Translations under genes and position numbers: made by a program
Notes under the pieces: generated by a model
Told to the model about the DNA's origin: nothing
Database searches by the model: none
What the model saw: the letters and a program-made list of their open reading frames with translations, nothing else
Shown here: positions 13,072 through 25,813 of the stretch, piece by piece
Numbering within the stretch: the first letter of the stretch is position 1
How the letters are laid out: the number at the start of each line of letters is the position of its first letter
Assembly: GCA_964016885.1 (NCBI GenBank)
Contig: OZ024741.1
Span: 296,298,001 to 296,362,000, forward strand
DNA from: Eledone cirrhosa
Taxonomy: Eukaryota
DNA length: 64,000 bases
Reading direction: 5' to 3'

Positions 13072-14629
13072 TGGGGATTCTTTTCTTTGTTTTGTACCTC
13101 TCCTTTGTTCTGTCCTACGCCATCTTGTTTTTGTGTGTGTTGTGTGCTTAGTTTGCGCGTGTGTTACATCCGGGTGTCTGTGTGTGTTTTTATTTGTTTA
13201 TTTATTTGTTTATTTACATGTTACTGGTTGGTTGTTCTATGTGTGTGTGTTTTCATTTTGTCCCTAATTGTAAGTTGTGATGTTGCTATTCCATTCATGT
13301 TTTCTATTTAATTTTGATTGGAGTTCATTTATGTTTATTGCCTCTGTGATTTATCTAAACATTGCGTCTTTTCTGTGTGTAGATTTTATTTTTATTTCTA
13401 TGTTCTCTAATTGGCCCTTATGTTCTATTTTAGCATGTACACTATATTCTTATCTTTACATTGTCCTTCAGTACATCTTATGCTATATACTATGTTTCTA
13501 GTTTTACAGTTAATATGGGGGCTTAGTTTATAGATTATGCATTTCTTATCTATACAGAGGGGTCTTTGAAAAGGGTATGTATTACTAATAAGTGTTTTTG
13601 GAATAGAATAGAAAGAACTAGGAATAAGGTTAATAGAATAAACTTATGGTATGATAGCAATAAATACCAGAGTGTAATGTTCATCAATACAACCCCTAGA
13701 GGTGAATTAGCTTACACATTTAGAAGGGCCCTAGATAAACTTAAACTTAATATTAAGATAGTAGAAAAACCAGGTACCTCCATAAAAACACTTATTAGTA
13801 AATCATACCCTTTTCAAAGACCCCCCCTGTATAGATAAGAAATGCATAATCTGTAAACTAAGCCCCCATATTAACTGTAAAACTAGAAACATAGTATATA
13901 GCATAAGATGTACTGAAGGACAATGTAAAGATAAGAATATAGTGTACATAGGTGAGACAGCTCGTAGTATAGGAGAACGGTTAAATGAACACTGGCGAGA
14001 GCTTCAAGATAGAAAAGAATCATCAATACTCCACCAACATGCTAAAATAGAACATAAGGGCCAATTAGAGAACATAGAAATAAAAATAAAATCTACACAC
14101 AGAAAAGACGCAATGTTTAGACGAAAGGTTCTCAACGGGGGGGGGGGGGGATATGCACCCCCGGGGGCGTTTCGGAACTCCAAGGGGGGGGCATTTGGAA
14201 GCAAGATCGCGTTAGGGGTGACGTTTGGAACTTGAGGGGGGGGCTAGGGGGCGCTGGAAGACTATTTACTTTGGTAAGTTTTATAAGCCATATTTGTATG
14301 TCTTTGAGACAGCTAGTGTAAATGTATTTGAATGAGCTTGCAGACAGCATACCTATAGTCTGACCGCAGCTGTGAGCAGGTATGCAGGCGTGTCTAGACA
14401 TTAACCGATAATAGAGATCCTAAAAATGAAAAAAACCCACAGTCATCTGGGTCAAGGACACTTTGAGCGCAGCCAGTTAGAATCTTATCTTTCCTTCACC
14501 GATAACAATGTATTTCATGTCTGAAATTATTGACTCAACCGTAACGAGTTATCACTATGTAGATCTATTTTATTCCCTATTGTATAAATAATATCATAAA
14601 TAAAAAAATAAAAAAACACAGAAGCGGGT

Positions 14630-14985
14630 AGCACACACATCTAGGACCACATACAACACATAAGCAGGTAATACACGCATCTAAGACCACATACAACACA
14701 TAAGCAGGTAAAACACACATCTAGGACCACATGCAACACATAAGGAGGTAGCACACACACATCTAGAACCACATAAAACACACAGGCAGGTAGCACTCAC
14801 ATCTAGGACCACATACAACACATAAGCAGGTAATACACACATCTAGGACCACATACAACACATAATCAGGTAATACATACAGCTGGGACCACATGCAATA
14901 CATAAGCAGGTAATACATACATCTAGGACTACATACAACACACAGGAAGGTAATACATACATCTAGGACCACATACAACACACAT
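14630..14985 (+). repeat. ~40-bp minisatellite (~9 units) inside the hAT
   Basis: Unit acacacatctaggaccacatacaacacataagcaggta. Confidence 0.9.
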
Positions 14986-14989
14986 TGTA

Positions 14990-16048
14990 TCATGTGTTAC
15001 GGACGACGCAAGAGCAATGGTCGGCCAGCATAAAAGCTTCGTCACTCTTTTGAAGAGAGAAAAATTTATCTGTATTTGCTGTTCATTGTGTCATTCATCG
15101 ACAACACTTGGCTGCGAAGAAATTCAGCAAGCCTCTGAGCAAGTCCTTGCAGGTGGCCATTGATGTCATCAATTTTATCAAACGGCATTCACTCAACAAC
15201 GAATTTTCCAGGAACTGTGCCAAGATAATGACGAAGAATTCGTCAAGTTGCTCCTTCATACTGAAGTGAGGTGGCTTTCAAAAGGCAAGTGCTTTACTCA
15301 CTTCTTTCAACTCTTCGACTCTATCATTGAGTTTCTGCGAGGACGCAACACAGAACTGTACAAGAAAACCCTCGATGTGAGGCAAGACTGCGCCTACCTC
15401 ACCAACATCTTTGACAAATGCAATAGCGTCATTTTGGCTTTGCAGGGGAAGAAGATCACCTTTCTTAAAGCAAGGAATGCTGTGAAAACATTCCTGGCCA
15501 AATTAAATGTCATCGAAAGGAATCTTTGTTGACGGGAATTCTATATTTTTCCTAGTGTCGCCAATGTTCAAAACATTGTAAGCGATGACCAACTCCAAAT
15601 TTATACCACTCACCTCTGTCCGCTACAAGACAACATGAGAGAACGGTTTGTCGACCTTTTGCCGATGAACATCCCACTGTGGATAGCAGATGCTTTCATA
15701 GCTAATGTCGACGATTTGGACGTTAAATTTCAGGAAGAATTCATTGAACTTCAAGCAGATGACATGATCAAAATTAGATTTCCCAAAATAGGTGAACTCC
15801 TTTTTGGGATGCAGGAGGAAATTCAGCTTTGATTTCCACACCTACATGCAGAGGCTAAGAGATTTGCTCTGCCTTTTCCAAGCTCATACTTAGTCGAGAG
15901 GAGGTTTGGTGTTGTTTGCAGACTGTACAGTAAGGCTCGCAACCGCTACAATGTAATTACATGTGGAGATCTCTGGCTACATCTTAGGAAAATTCAGCCT
16001 CACGTCAAAGAGTTAGCTAGACTCCATGAAGCTCAAGGGTCCCATTGA
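14990..16048 (+). pseudogene. hAT transposase C-terminal remnant (FAM200/ZBED5/SCAND3-like)
   Basis: TDDARAMVG, HCVIHRQHLAAK, LLHTEVRWLSKG, PFPSSYLVE, C-terminal AQGSH*; frameshifts and stops. Confidence 0.9.
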
Positions 16049-17008
16049 AATGAGTCAAAGTTAAAGTAAGTTGATTTATCCGAAAACTTGGATATGCTAT
16101 TGTTACAAAGCAAACTAACAATTTTTTTTATTTGTAGTTGCAGTCTGACTGGACTGGAAACCATCTACTACAATTCAATTACTCATTTGTTGTATATATT
16201 TTACCATTTATTAATAAATATACTCTCCCGCGTGGTCATGAAAACCGTCTTCCGTGGTCTCTAAGCTCACAAAGCAGGGGGACATCAAGTTTGATATCAA
16301 CATTTATTCTGTCCGTTTCATTAAAGGGAAAATTGGAAAGCTTTGAAATGATATAATTGCCACCTTCTTCCAGATAAGGGCACTCTTGGGATAGACAGAG
16401 TTGCTCTTGTATAAATGTTCAAAATAGCTGGTATCGCCTGGTGGGAATATAACAAATTCAACTGGTCCTTATTCATAAAAAAGAACATTTATGTTCCTTT
16501 TTTTTAAATTTATATATTTCCTTTCAAGGAATGTATTTATACTCTCAGCTGCCTGAATATTATTAATCAATTTTGCAGTAATCTGCTGATATCAAAATCA
16601 GTAGTATATTGAACAATGGAAAAATAAAGTAGGGTGGAGAGGGCGTTTCATGATTTCAAGGTACATAAGGGGGCGTTTGGCCTAAATGGGTTGAGAACCT
16701 GTGGTTTAGACAAATCACAGAGACAATAAACATAAATGAACTCCAACCAAATTTAAATAGAAAACATGAATGGAATAGCAACATCACAACTTACAATTAA
16801 GGACAAAATGAAAACACACACACATAGAACAAACAACCAACCAGTAACATGTAAATAAACAAATAAATAAACAAATAAATAAACAAATTAAAACACACAC
16901 AGACACCCGGATGTAACACATGCGCAAACTAAGCACACAACACACACAAAAACAAGATGGCGTAGGACAGAACAAAGGAGAGGCACAAAACAAAGAAAAG
17001 AATCACCA

Positions 17009-17051
17009 GTCACTGAAGAGGTCACAGAATGTGTGACGAAAGGACTTTGAC
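17009..17051 (+). ncRNA. Minimal hammerhead ribozyme motif in PLE pLTR
   Basis: gtca CTGAAGA g-gtcaca..tgtgac GAAA ggactt tgac. Confidence 0.72.
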
Positions 17052-17451
17052 AATATATGAACAACCGTCCGGTTGTGGAACCAATCAACCAACCGGAAAT
17101 TTATTTTAAAAAAAATAAATGTTTTTAATTTATAATAAATTGGAGTGAAAGCGTCTGGTGCGTGTGTTTCTTATTGGCAACATGACCCTCCCAAAGTATA
17201 ACAATATATATATATATATCTCTAAAATTAAGTTAAATTAAAGGTGTCATGTCAGATAGACATGCGCCATATCACCCGTAAAATATGCTCCAAGATTCCA
17301 ATGAATAGATCCGAGCATTTTATATCAACTAGAACTTCAAAAATAGATACCTTATAAATTGATTAATCTTCCTTGTGATTGTTTCATATGTTTATTTTAG
17401 ATATATTTATATGTCAATCAATTTCTAGTTGATATATATATATATATATAC

Positions 17452-17669
17452 AAGTGGTAACACAGCAGTTAGTTCACCATACCGAGAACAATTGTTTCAC
17501 CTTAGCGGATCTTCAGCTAGTACTACGAACTGAAGATCCGCTAAGGTGAAACAATTGTTCTCGGTATGGTGAACTAACTGCTGTGTTACCACTTCTACCT
17601 AACTCGTACCATGTACTGAGTGCTCTACCACTACGGATATTACCTTCCAGTGTTCTACCTCTATCTCTC

Positions 17670-17670
<1 letters not shown>
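17452..17670 (+). mobile_element. Fold-back hammerhead mini-element (hairpin 17452-17594 plus tail)
   Basis: Perfect ~65-bp inverted arms containing CTGAAGA tccgctaaggt GAAAcaattgtt; (TA)n flanks. Confidence 0.8.
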
Positions 17671-17766
<96 letters not shown>

Positions 17767-17789
17767 TTCGCTCTACGTGACGGAATACA

Positions 17790-18021
17790 ATAAATGTAAT
17801 CTGAGTTTTTCGAATATTAATAATAACATTCGATTCGTTTGCAATTATGCAAACAAGCCTCAATTGTATAGCCATGTCAGTAGAATGAACCCTTCATTGC
17901 CAACACAAGAGCAAGAATGAAGGGTTCATTCTACTGACATGGCTATACAATTGAGGCTTGTTTGCATAATTGCAAACGAATCGAATGTTATTATTAATAT
18001 TCGAAAAACTCAGATTACATT

Positions 18022-18024
<3 letters not shown>
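17790..18024. repeat. ~110-bp inverted repeat (hairpin) between (TA)n tracts
   Basis: Arms are reverse complements; identical ORFs on both strands in the ORF track. Confidence 0.93.
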
Positions 18025-18076
<52 letters not shown>

Positions 18077-18456
18077 GTGTGTGTATGTGTGTGGGGGGGG
18101 GGGCGTGTGTGTCTGTGTCTATATATTGCATGCATGAGTGAATACACTACGCTCTAGATTTAGTAGAATGTACAACCACTGATTCCATCTATCAACACTA
18201 TTGTATATTTGGTTTCTATTCCCTGGGGAATTTGTTGACCAAATGCTTTGCTTAATTGTTTTATTTAATTTTTTTTTATTTTATTCTTTCTCTTAGACTT
18301 CAGGTATTTTTAGAAAGCAAATCATTGGCCCCTAAAATACTACAGTGGACCCTGCAATGCAACTGTGGGTCCTTGCAATGCTACCATGGGCCCCCTGGAG
18401 CCCACTTGCCATTGGGCAACCTGGCCAGTCCGCCACTGTATGTATGTGTGCGCGCA

Positions 18457-18532
<76 letters not shown>

Positions 18533-18559
18533 TGTATATATATATATTTATGTATATAT

Positions 18560-18975
18560 AATTGGTGTTGGATGCTTAAAGCGTCCGTATGCGGTAGCCC
18601 GTATGAGCACTCGATGCTCTCATAGAGCAGAGTATGATATCACAGAAGAAAAGAGAATCAGTGTTGCGACGAATGGAATTTATTGGACATATTACAATCG
18701 TTTCTCTGGCGACAAGCTTGAGGCACGATCGATGTGATGATCGAACCTGACTCTGAAAATCGCAAGGTCCTCAGATACGTCTTGATTCTACGAAGCAGAT
18801 TTTATAGGAAAATCTGCTTCGTAGAATCAAAACGTATCTGAGGACCTTGCGATTTTCAGAGTCAGGTTCGATCATCACATCGATCGTGCCTCAAGCTTGT
18901 CGCCAGAGAAACGATTGTAATATGTCCAATAAATTCCATTCGTCGCAACACTGATTCTCTTTTTTTCTGTGATAT
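18560..18975 (+). mobile_element. Fold-back hammerhead mini-element (hairpin 18637-18975 plus tail 18560-18636)
   Basis: ~165-bp arms; cgtat CTGAGGA..GAAAcgattgTA atatg..AATAAA with a 5-bp stem I. Confidence 0.82.
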
Positions 18976-19005
18976 TTATGTATATATATATATATATATA
19001 TACAT

Positions 19006-19136
<131 letters not shown>

Positions 19137-19291
19137 AACAATGAGTTATTTGGTTTGTTGATTATTCAACAAAGTTAATTTTACAACAGATTAGAAGCAC
19201 TCAACTTAATGTATCCGGAGTATCATTAATATCAATAATATTAATAAATGGAAAATATCTTTATAAAAACATATTTATTTTATTATACGTA

Positions 19292-19329
19292 CTAGCAGAA
19301 AAACCACCCTTCGGGTGGTTTTCTGCTAG
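19292..19329. other. Palindrome resembling a Helitron 3' terminus on both strands
   Basis: CTAGcagaaaaaccaccc ttc gggtggttttctgCTAG. Confidence 0.4.
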
Positions 19330-20957
19330 CATGTGTAGTGTGTATATTGATATTATACGCAAGTATATATACATGTAGATATGATACATCAAATAAAATC
19401 GTAATTGACAAATACATAGAAATTGAACGAAGACGTTGTTACACTGTCTTATGTAATCAGTAATGTAATCCATGATACATTAAAAAAAGACGATATTATA
19501 TATAAACTGCATTAGGAGAAAATTAGTATGTTTATTTAAGTGATCGCCACCGGAAGTGTTGACATCACACACTCTCTCTTTCTATATATATGGTAGTTGA
19601 AGTGGTGGTGATGGTGGTGGCAACGATATACCGGAAGTGCAACTTTGAAAAGAAGTCAATTTTAAATTATTTATTTTTACGAAATTATTTTTGTTTACGA
19701 AATTTAGTAGATAAATTATGTAATATTCATTCATTATTTATTCAAAGTAATCCAACTTATTTTACTAACGGCATTAAAAAAAAACCGTACGCAGTCCCGC
19801 AGACCTTCCTTTATTATACGTATTTCAAGGGTACTAATATTTAAGTACGCTTTCGTCAGATAAAATACAATAATTGGTGTTAAGATAGTGACATATCTTC
19901 ATGTGAACTTCATGTTATAAGTTCAGTGAGGATAGTGAATAACATTTTTCAAAACTCAGGGGAAATATGCTAATGAGGATAACGTTACAACTGAAAAGAA
20001 CCGTTAAGTTTAGACGCTAGATAAATTTTAAATATTTATTTAATTTTTTTTTAAGTGTTTGCTATTAAATTTTTAACAATTATTGTAGTTATTTTAGAAT
20101 TATTTATATAAATATACATATATACACCCAAACTTATTTATATGGGTTTAGAAAGAATGATATAATTATATTTATTTATTTAATTTTTTAATATATTTTA
20201 AGAATATGGAAGTATTTATAATATTTAGGTGAGAATTATAATGTATTGTATTAAATTATGAACTATTAAAGCATTACAACAATATAAAATGTGAAAGATA
20301 TCCTGATATACGAGTGGATATATTTTTTTGCATATATTTTAATATTATGAGTGCAATTATAAATATAATGTATTGTAGTATAAGACCTTATTGTATATCA
20401 TTATTAAAATAATTATTTAGTACATAAATGATTATGCCTGAATATAGATCTTATTTAAGTATATATATAGACATAGAATTATAAATGAGCGTAAGATAGA
20501 TCAAGCAATAATATATATGCATTTTTTACATATACTTTAAGAATGTGAAAGTAATTATATTTTTTAAGTAAAGATGTATAGTATTATGCATAATCTATTA
20601 TTGTATATGGTTAGTAATATAAAATTTAAACATTTATGTTGGAATGTATCGTGTTTGTGTATATGTATGTAGGTGTGTGTGTGTGTGCGCGCAAGCGTGT
20701 GCATGTATATCACGGTAAATACGGCTCTGTGATCGCTCAATGAGAAATTTGAAGTTAAATATCCAAGAATTCAGAGTGATTGCACACTGCCCATATCACA
20801 GAAAACCACATATCTAATATTTTGTAGAAAACAAAATAATTAGCCTAAACAGACCAGAGAGACAGAATAAGTATTATATTTACGTAGCCACTAAGTAATT
20901 ATATGCTCTATTTGGTAACAATTCATGCATCAAAAATCATCAAAATCTTCCGCAGGT

Positions 20958-20998
<41 letters not shown>

Positions 20999-21013
20999 CA
21001 CAGAAGCCCCCCC

Positions 21014-21084
<71 letters not shown>

Positions 21085-21809
21085 AAAGTTATGAAACGAA
21101 AGGAGCTGTGTGGTTACTAAATACAAGGTTGAGGATGGAACAGGAGGAGAAATGAAGAAAAGAGTTTCCATCGTCAATCGTCAGCTGTAAATGTATCCCG
21201 AACCGATGTTTCGGCGCTGAATTACAGGAAATTGGTGTAGTTCGGGTACGCCCGAGGCCTTTTATTAATCAAAAGGCCAGGTGGAAAAGGAGAGAAAGAG
21301 AGAAAAAAAGGGAGAGAGAAAAGGAAAGAGAGGGAAAGGAGGAAGAACAGGGGGGAAAAGATGAGGAGAGAGGAAGACGGGGAAAAATAGGAAAGGAATA
21401 GAAGAAAAAAGTGTGCAGATCCCATCGTGGGAAGACACGGGTGAAAGAAACAGGCAAAAAAGTAACCGTGGAAAAATAGGGAAAGTAAGTTGTGGCCAAC
21501 CTGGGAGACTTTAGCCTGGTGGTCAGCTACGACTCAGAGCTGGTATGATCGTGCTGCCTCTCACATAGACAAGAGAAATTGAGAGACAGACACGGGCAAC
21601 CAACACAAGTATTGAGCACAAATGCACCAGCTTTTGGCAACTAACTATATGTATCGCTTATCCCTTTAAACCTCAACTCTCTCACAATACTAAAATATTC
21701 TCTATATATATAAGGACAGAGATATATACATGCGTGCGTGTATCTTCTTTGTGGATGTACGTGGACACGGAGGGAATTGGGCGCGTATTTGTTGGAATGT
21801 ATATGAGCC

Positions 21810-22550
21810 AGTGAGTGTGTGTGTGTGTCTGTGTGTCTGTGGGTATGTGTGTATCTGTGTGTCTGTGGGTATGTGTGTGTCTGTGGGTATGTGTGTGTCT
21901 GTGTGTCTGTGGGTATGTGTGTGTCTGTGGGTATGTGTGTGTCTGTGTGTCTGTGGGTATGTGTGTGTATGTGCACCTACATAGGGCAGGGTTTGTTTGT
22001 ATGTTTATGTGCGTGTACATATACATATGTGTAGATATATATACATGTGTGTATGTATAAATGTGTAGATATATATACATGTGATATATATATATATATG
22101 TGTAGAGAATATATACATGTGTGTATGTGTCTTTGGAAGTGTGTCTGTCCTTATGCCTATCATCAAGGACAGGCGTGTATGTGTGCGTGTGTGTGTCTAT
22201 GTATATGTCTGTGCGTGTTTGTGTATATGTGCAGATGTACGCGAACGCTGATATGTGTCCTTGTATGCGTGTACGTGTGTGTATGCGTGTGTGCGCGTGT
22301 GCGTGCGTGTGAGACCAGATGTATGGGGGTATATAGGCTGGCGCCAGTGGACGTGTGTTGGTGTGTATATGGTTGTGAGTGTGTGTAAGAGAGGGAGAGT
22401 GTGTGTGTGTATATGTATATGTATATGGGTGTGTATAACTACATATGTGTGCGTACATATGTGTATGCATATATATGTGTGTCTGCGTGTGTGTGTATGT
22501 GTATGTGTATTTATATGTGTGTATATGTGTGGGTATATAGTTGTGAGTGT
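21810..22550. repeat. (TG/TA)-rich low-complexity tract including an 18-26 bp gtgtctgtgggtat minisatellite
   Basis: Direct reading. Confidence 0.85.
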
Positions 22551-22559
22551 GAGCATTGC

Positions 22560-22765
22560 ATGTGTCCGAAGAACCCGCAGTTATAGAATCAGGCAGATCC
22601 ATGCAATGATCATGTCTCGAGCTATCTGCCGGAGAAACAATTGTAACACGCAATAAACTGAGTCTAATGCATCATTGATTTTTCGTTTTTTATATCACAC
22701 TCTGCTCTGAGAAGATAGAGTGCTCAACTGGCATACCGCCTATGGAAGCACCATAGCTACCATTA
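22560..22765 (+). ncRNA. Hammerhead-like motif (CCGAAGA variant) with AATAAA and tail; PLE pLTR remnant
   Basis: tgtgt CCGAAGA..GAAAcaattgTA acacg cAATAAA; tail cactc..gagtgct. Confidence 0.65.
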
Positions 22766-22790
22766 AACACACACACACACACGCACGCAC

Positions 22791-22884
<94 letters not shown>

Positions 22885-22885
<1 letters not shown>

Positions 22886-22955
22886 CGTTTCTGAATTTGT
22901 TTAGCAACATGACCCTGAATTTATTGGCAACATGACCCTCCCAGAGCATAACAAT
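22885..22955 (+). mobile_element. Ultra-short fold-back insertion of the 12817-17207 PLE family
   Basis: tcgtttctgaatttgtttagcaa (=12819-12841) fused to ttattggcaacatgaccctccc..taacaat (~17171-17205); TA flanks. Confidence 0.8.
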
Positions 22956-23210
22956 ATATATATATATATATATATAGTAATAATAATAGATTTGAAGGCT
23001 AAAATCCAAAGAGGGCTCGATAAGGATAAATATATATCAAATATATAAGAACCGTAGAGCAAATATTTATTAAAATGACAGATTAAAGTTTAAGCAAAGA
23101 ATCGCTGCTTTCACCCTTAACGGGATCTTCTGAAACTAAAAATATCAACCTGTGAACGCAGAAATAAATATTTCGAAAAACATTGCAACCGAAGGAAGAC
23201 AGGAAGACAA

Positions 23211-23350
23211 TACTTTGGTTCGTGGAAACGTTCCCTGGCAAAGAACGGAAAAAACGAAAATAATACGTCGTTTTTACCGCTCCTAATTATGGCGTATAAT
23301 TTTCGTTTTTTCCCGTTCTTTGCCAAGGAACGTTTCCACGAACCAAAGTA
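23211..23350. repeat. Imperfect inverted repeat, ~55-bp arms
   Basis: tactttggttcgtggaaacgttcc.. / ..ggaacgtttccacgaaccaaagta. Confidence 0.85.
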
Positions 23351-23376
23351 TGAGTTTTACAGTAGATTATATATAT

Positions 23377-23554
23377 GAAAATGTTTAACCCCGACGGCAG
23401 AGCTCAAGCCGTTTCGACGGCTATTTCTGGACTCTAGAAATAGCCGTCGAGGTTAAACATTTTCCTATTACCCACTCTACTACCCTAATACCCTAAGTAT
23501 TGAGTACTCTCGTGCGTTATGGTCCATCTGGTTCCTTACCACACTTCCTTCGTT
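23377..23554 (+). mobile_element. Fold-back PLE-end mini-element, same family as 30767-30984
   Basis: Inverted gaaaatgtttaacc/ggttaaacattttc, GAAACggc half-hammerhead, tail nearly identical to the reverse complement of 30767-30850. Confidence 0.75.
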
Positions 23555-23842
23555 ATATATATATATATATATATATAAACTTTTCATTAAAAACAACAAC
23601 AAAAAGCTGGATGGACTGGAAATTTACTTTAGAATTTTAATTTCGCGAAAGCACTATGCATATTTAGATTGACCAGTCTTATCATTCGATCATGATGTAA
23701 GACTGACGATTTTATCAGGTGTTAATTGCAGAAATAGTTCCATAACACAACAGGACTACGTCGAACACAAACAAAGAATATAAAATATAAAATATGAAAT
23801 ACAGGACCAATCCTAAACTTACCTTCTTTTATACATACATAC

Positions 23843-23936
<94 letters not shown>

Positions 23937-23967
23937 ACAGGGTGTATGCATTTTTTTTTGGCACACC

Positions 23968-24010
<43 letters not shown>

Positions 24011-24139
24011 AAAGAATGAAACGAAATTTCATTTCTCACTCTTAGTACGGCTGATACTTAAATGTAAGTATGTATACGTACATACATATATGTATACAGA
24101 CGTACAGTGCTATGTATATATATACATACATGCGCACAT

Positions 24140-24440
24140 ACATATATGTACGTATGGGTTTACCGTTCGGTTTGCTTGTAAACAAACACACAGCCCGAAT
24201 TATGCCGTACAGTGTTCAGGCAACGATCGTCGCCCTTTTGTTCAATACTGACACAGGAACGATGTATTAGTTTCAAGCTTATTAGTTATCGTCAGCATCG
24301 TATACCTTCCTGCCAGATCATTGAACGTCTGAAAGTATATACTTTCCTTATGCAATTCGGGCTGTTTGTTTGTTTACAAGCGAACAAACCGAACATTATA
24401 ATAAATGTTCGGTAAACCCATACGAACATATATATATGTG
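24140..24440 (-). mobile_element. Imperfect inverted-repeat element with a hammerhead motif in the loop (24260-24300)
   Basis: Arms gtatgggtttaccg..cagcccgaatt / aattcgggctg..cggtaaacccatac; minus strand cgatg CTGACGA..GAAActaaTA catcg. Confidence 0.65.
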
Positions 24441-24513
24441 TGCATGTATGTATATATATACATACTACTGTACGTCTGTATACATATATGTATGTACGTA
24501 TACATACAAACTT

Positions 24514-24556
<43 letters not shown>

Positions 24557-24815
24557 CTAAACCACTCGTGACCCGTTGGGACACGTCCACTATAAAATAT
24601 TTTTTTAAGTTCACTTAAAGATAATTTTTGAATAATTAAAATATACACAGCCATGATGTATTTAATGTAAAATGAAATTGGAAGGCCCATATACATATTT
24701 GTGTGTGTGTGTGTGTGTACATGCATATGTATATTTGTGTGTGTATGTATATATATATGTGGGTGTAGTATGTGACCTATATACATTGGTCACAGACACA
24801 CAGACACACACACAT

Positions 24816-24870
<55 letters not shown>

Positions 24871-25140
24871 TACACTTAGAAACCTTTCCTATTTAGCGGG
24901 AAATATGATACATATGACTTAATATTCAGTCATCAAATTCGAGATAGATGCAGTAATGCTGTATTCGATTCTTTGAAGTCACCCGTTATAATTTCATTGA
25001 ACAACAACACCAGCTCTCTCTCTCTTTATATGTATGTATGTGTGTGTGTGTGTATAAATATATATATACACAGACAGAGAGAAAGAGGCTGACAGACAGA
25101 CACACACACATACACACGCACACACATACACACACACACA

Positions 25141-25186
<46 letters not shown>

Positions 25187-25451
25187 TGCTACACTACTAC
25201 TGATTCCCACCCACCCCCACTCTCTCTAACCAACCAACAATCTTGTTTTTCTGTTTGTTCTGTTTAATCTATTCCTCAATTTCCGGACAAAGATTATTTT
25301 ATACCGGATGAATATCGTCTTTTTCTATTCTTTCTTTGTCTGGCTGGGGGTATATATGTGTGTAATTTCCTTATCCCCCCCCCCCACCTGCTTCCCATTC
25401 TGTATCATATACTGTTTATATATTTATTTCTCTCTCTCTGTCTGCCCCCCC

Positions 25452-25503
<52 letters not shown>

Positions 25504-25654
25504 TCATTGGTATATCATCATTGGTATTTCATCATCATTGGTATTTCATCGCATTAAAAATACCAATGATGGTTGGAAAATCACTGACGAAGGACTATTT
25601 TTTTTATCATATGTAACCCATGTGCAACCACGCAGTATTCTTCTTTCTTCTCAG

Positions 25655-25692
<38 letters not shown>

Positions 25693-25782
25693 GGAAAAAT
25701 TTGAACAGGAACAAAACAGAGAGGCAGTACAACGAATGTTTATTAATTTCACGCTCTGGAGAGTGGGGTGTTGGTGGGGAAC

Positions 25783-25813
25783 GACGTTTCGGGAATAAGC
25801 CCTTCCTCAGGTG
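25783..25813 (-). ncRNA. Minimal hammerhead ribozyme in 3' pLTR (second copy at 30612-30642)
   Basis: CTGAGGA agggcttattccc GAAAcGTC, followed by AATAAA. Confidence 0.75.

Larger units (their letters stand above)
14123..16703 (+). mobile_element. hAT (Buster/Charlie-type) DNA transposon, decayed
   Basis: 8-bp TSD GTTTAGAC (14115-14122 / 16704-16711, NNNTANNN); TIR core AGGTTCTCAAC; GGGGCGTTT subterminal repeats. Confidence 0.92.
12817..17207 (+). mobile_element. Penelope-like element (Naiad-like GIY-YIG C-terminus + pLTR) with inverted 5' arm 12817-13579, interrupted by hAT
   Basis: SVMFINTTPRGELA..IKIVEKPG, C..C..C linker, VYSIRC..YIGETARSIGERLNEH; resumes RQITE..LNRKHEW after 16704. 12874-13579 is the reverse complement of 13804-14122 + 16712-17207, minus a ~90-nt deletion. 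Confidence 0.88.

Noticed and set aside
21160-21190. Hammerhead-like CTGACGA..GAAAC on the minus strand
   Set aside because: No convincing stem I, II or III pairing.
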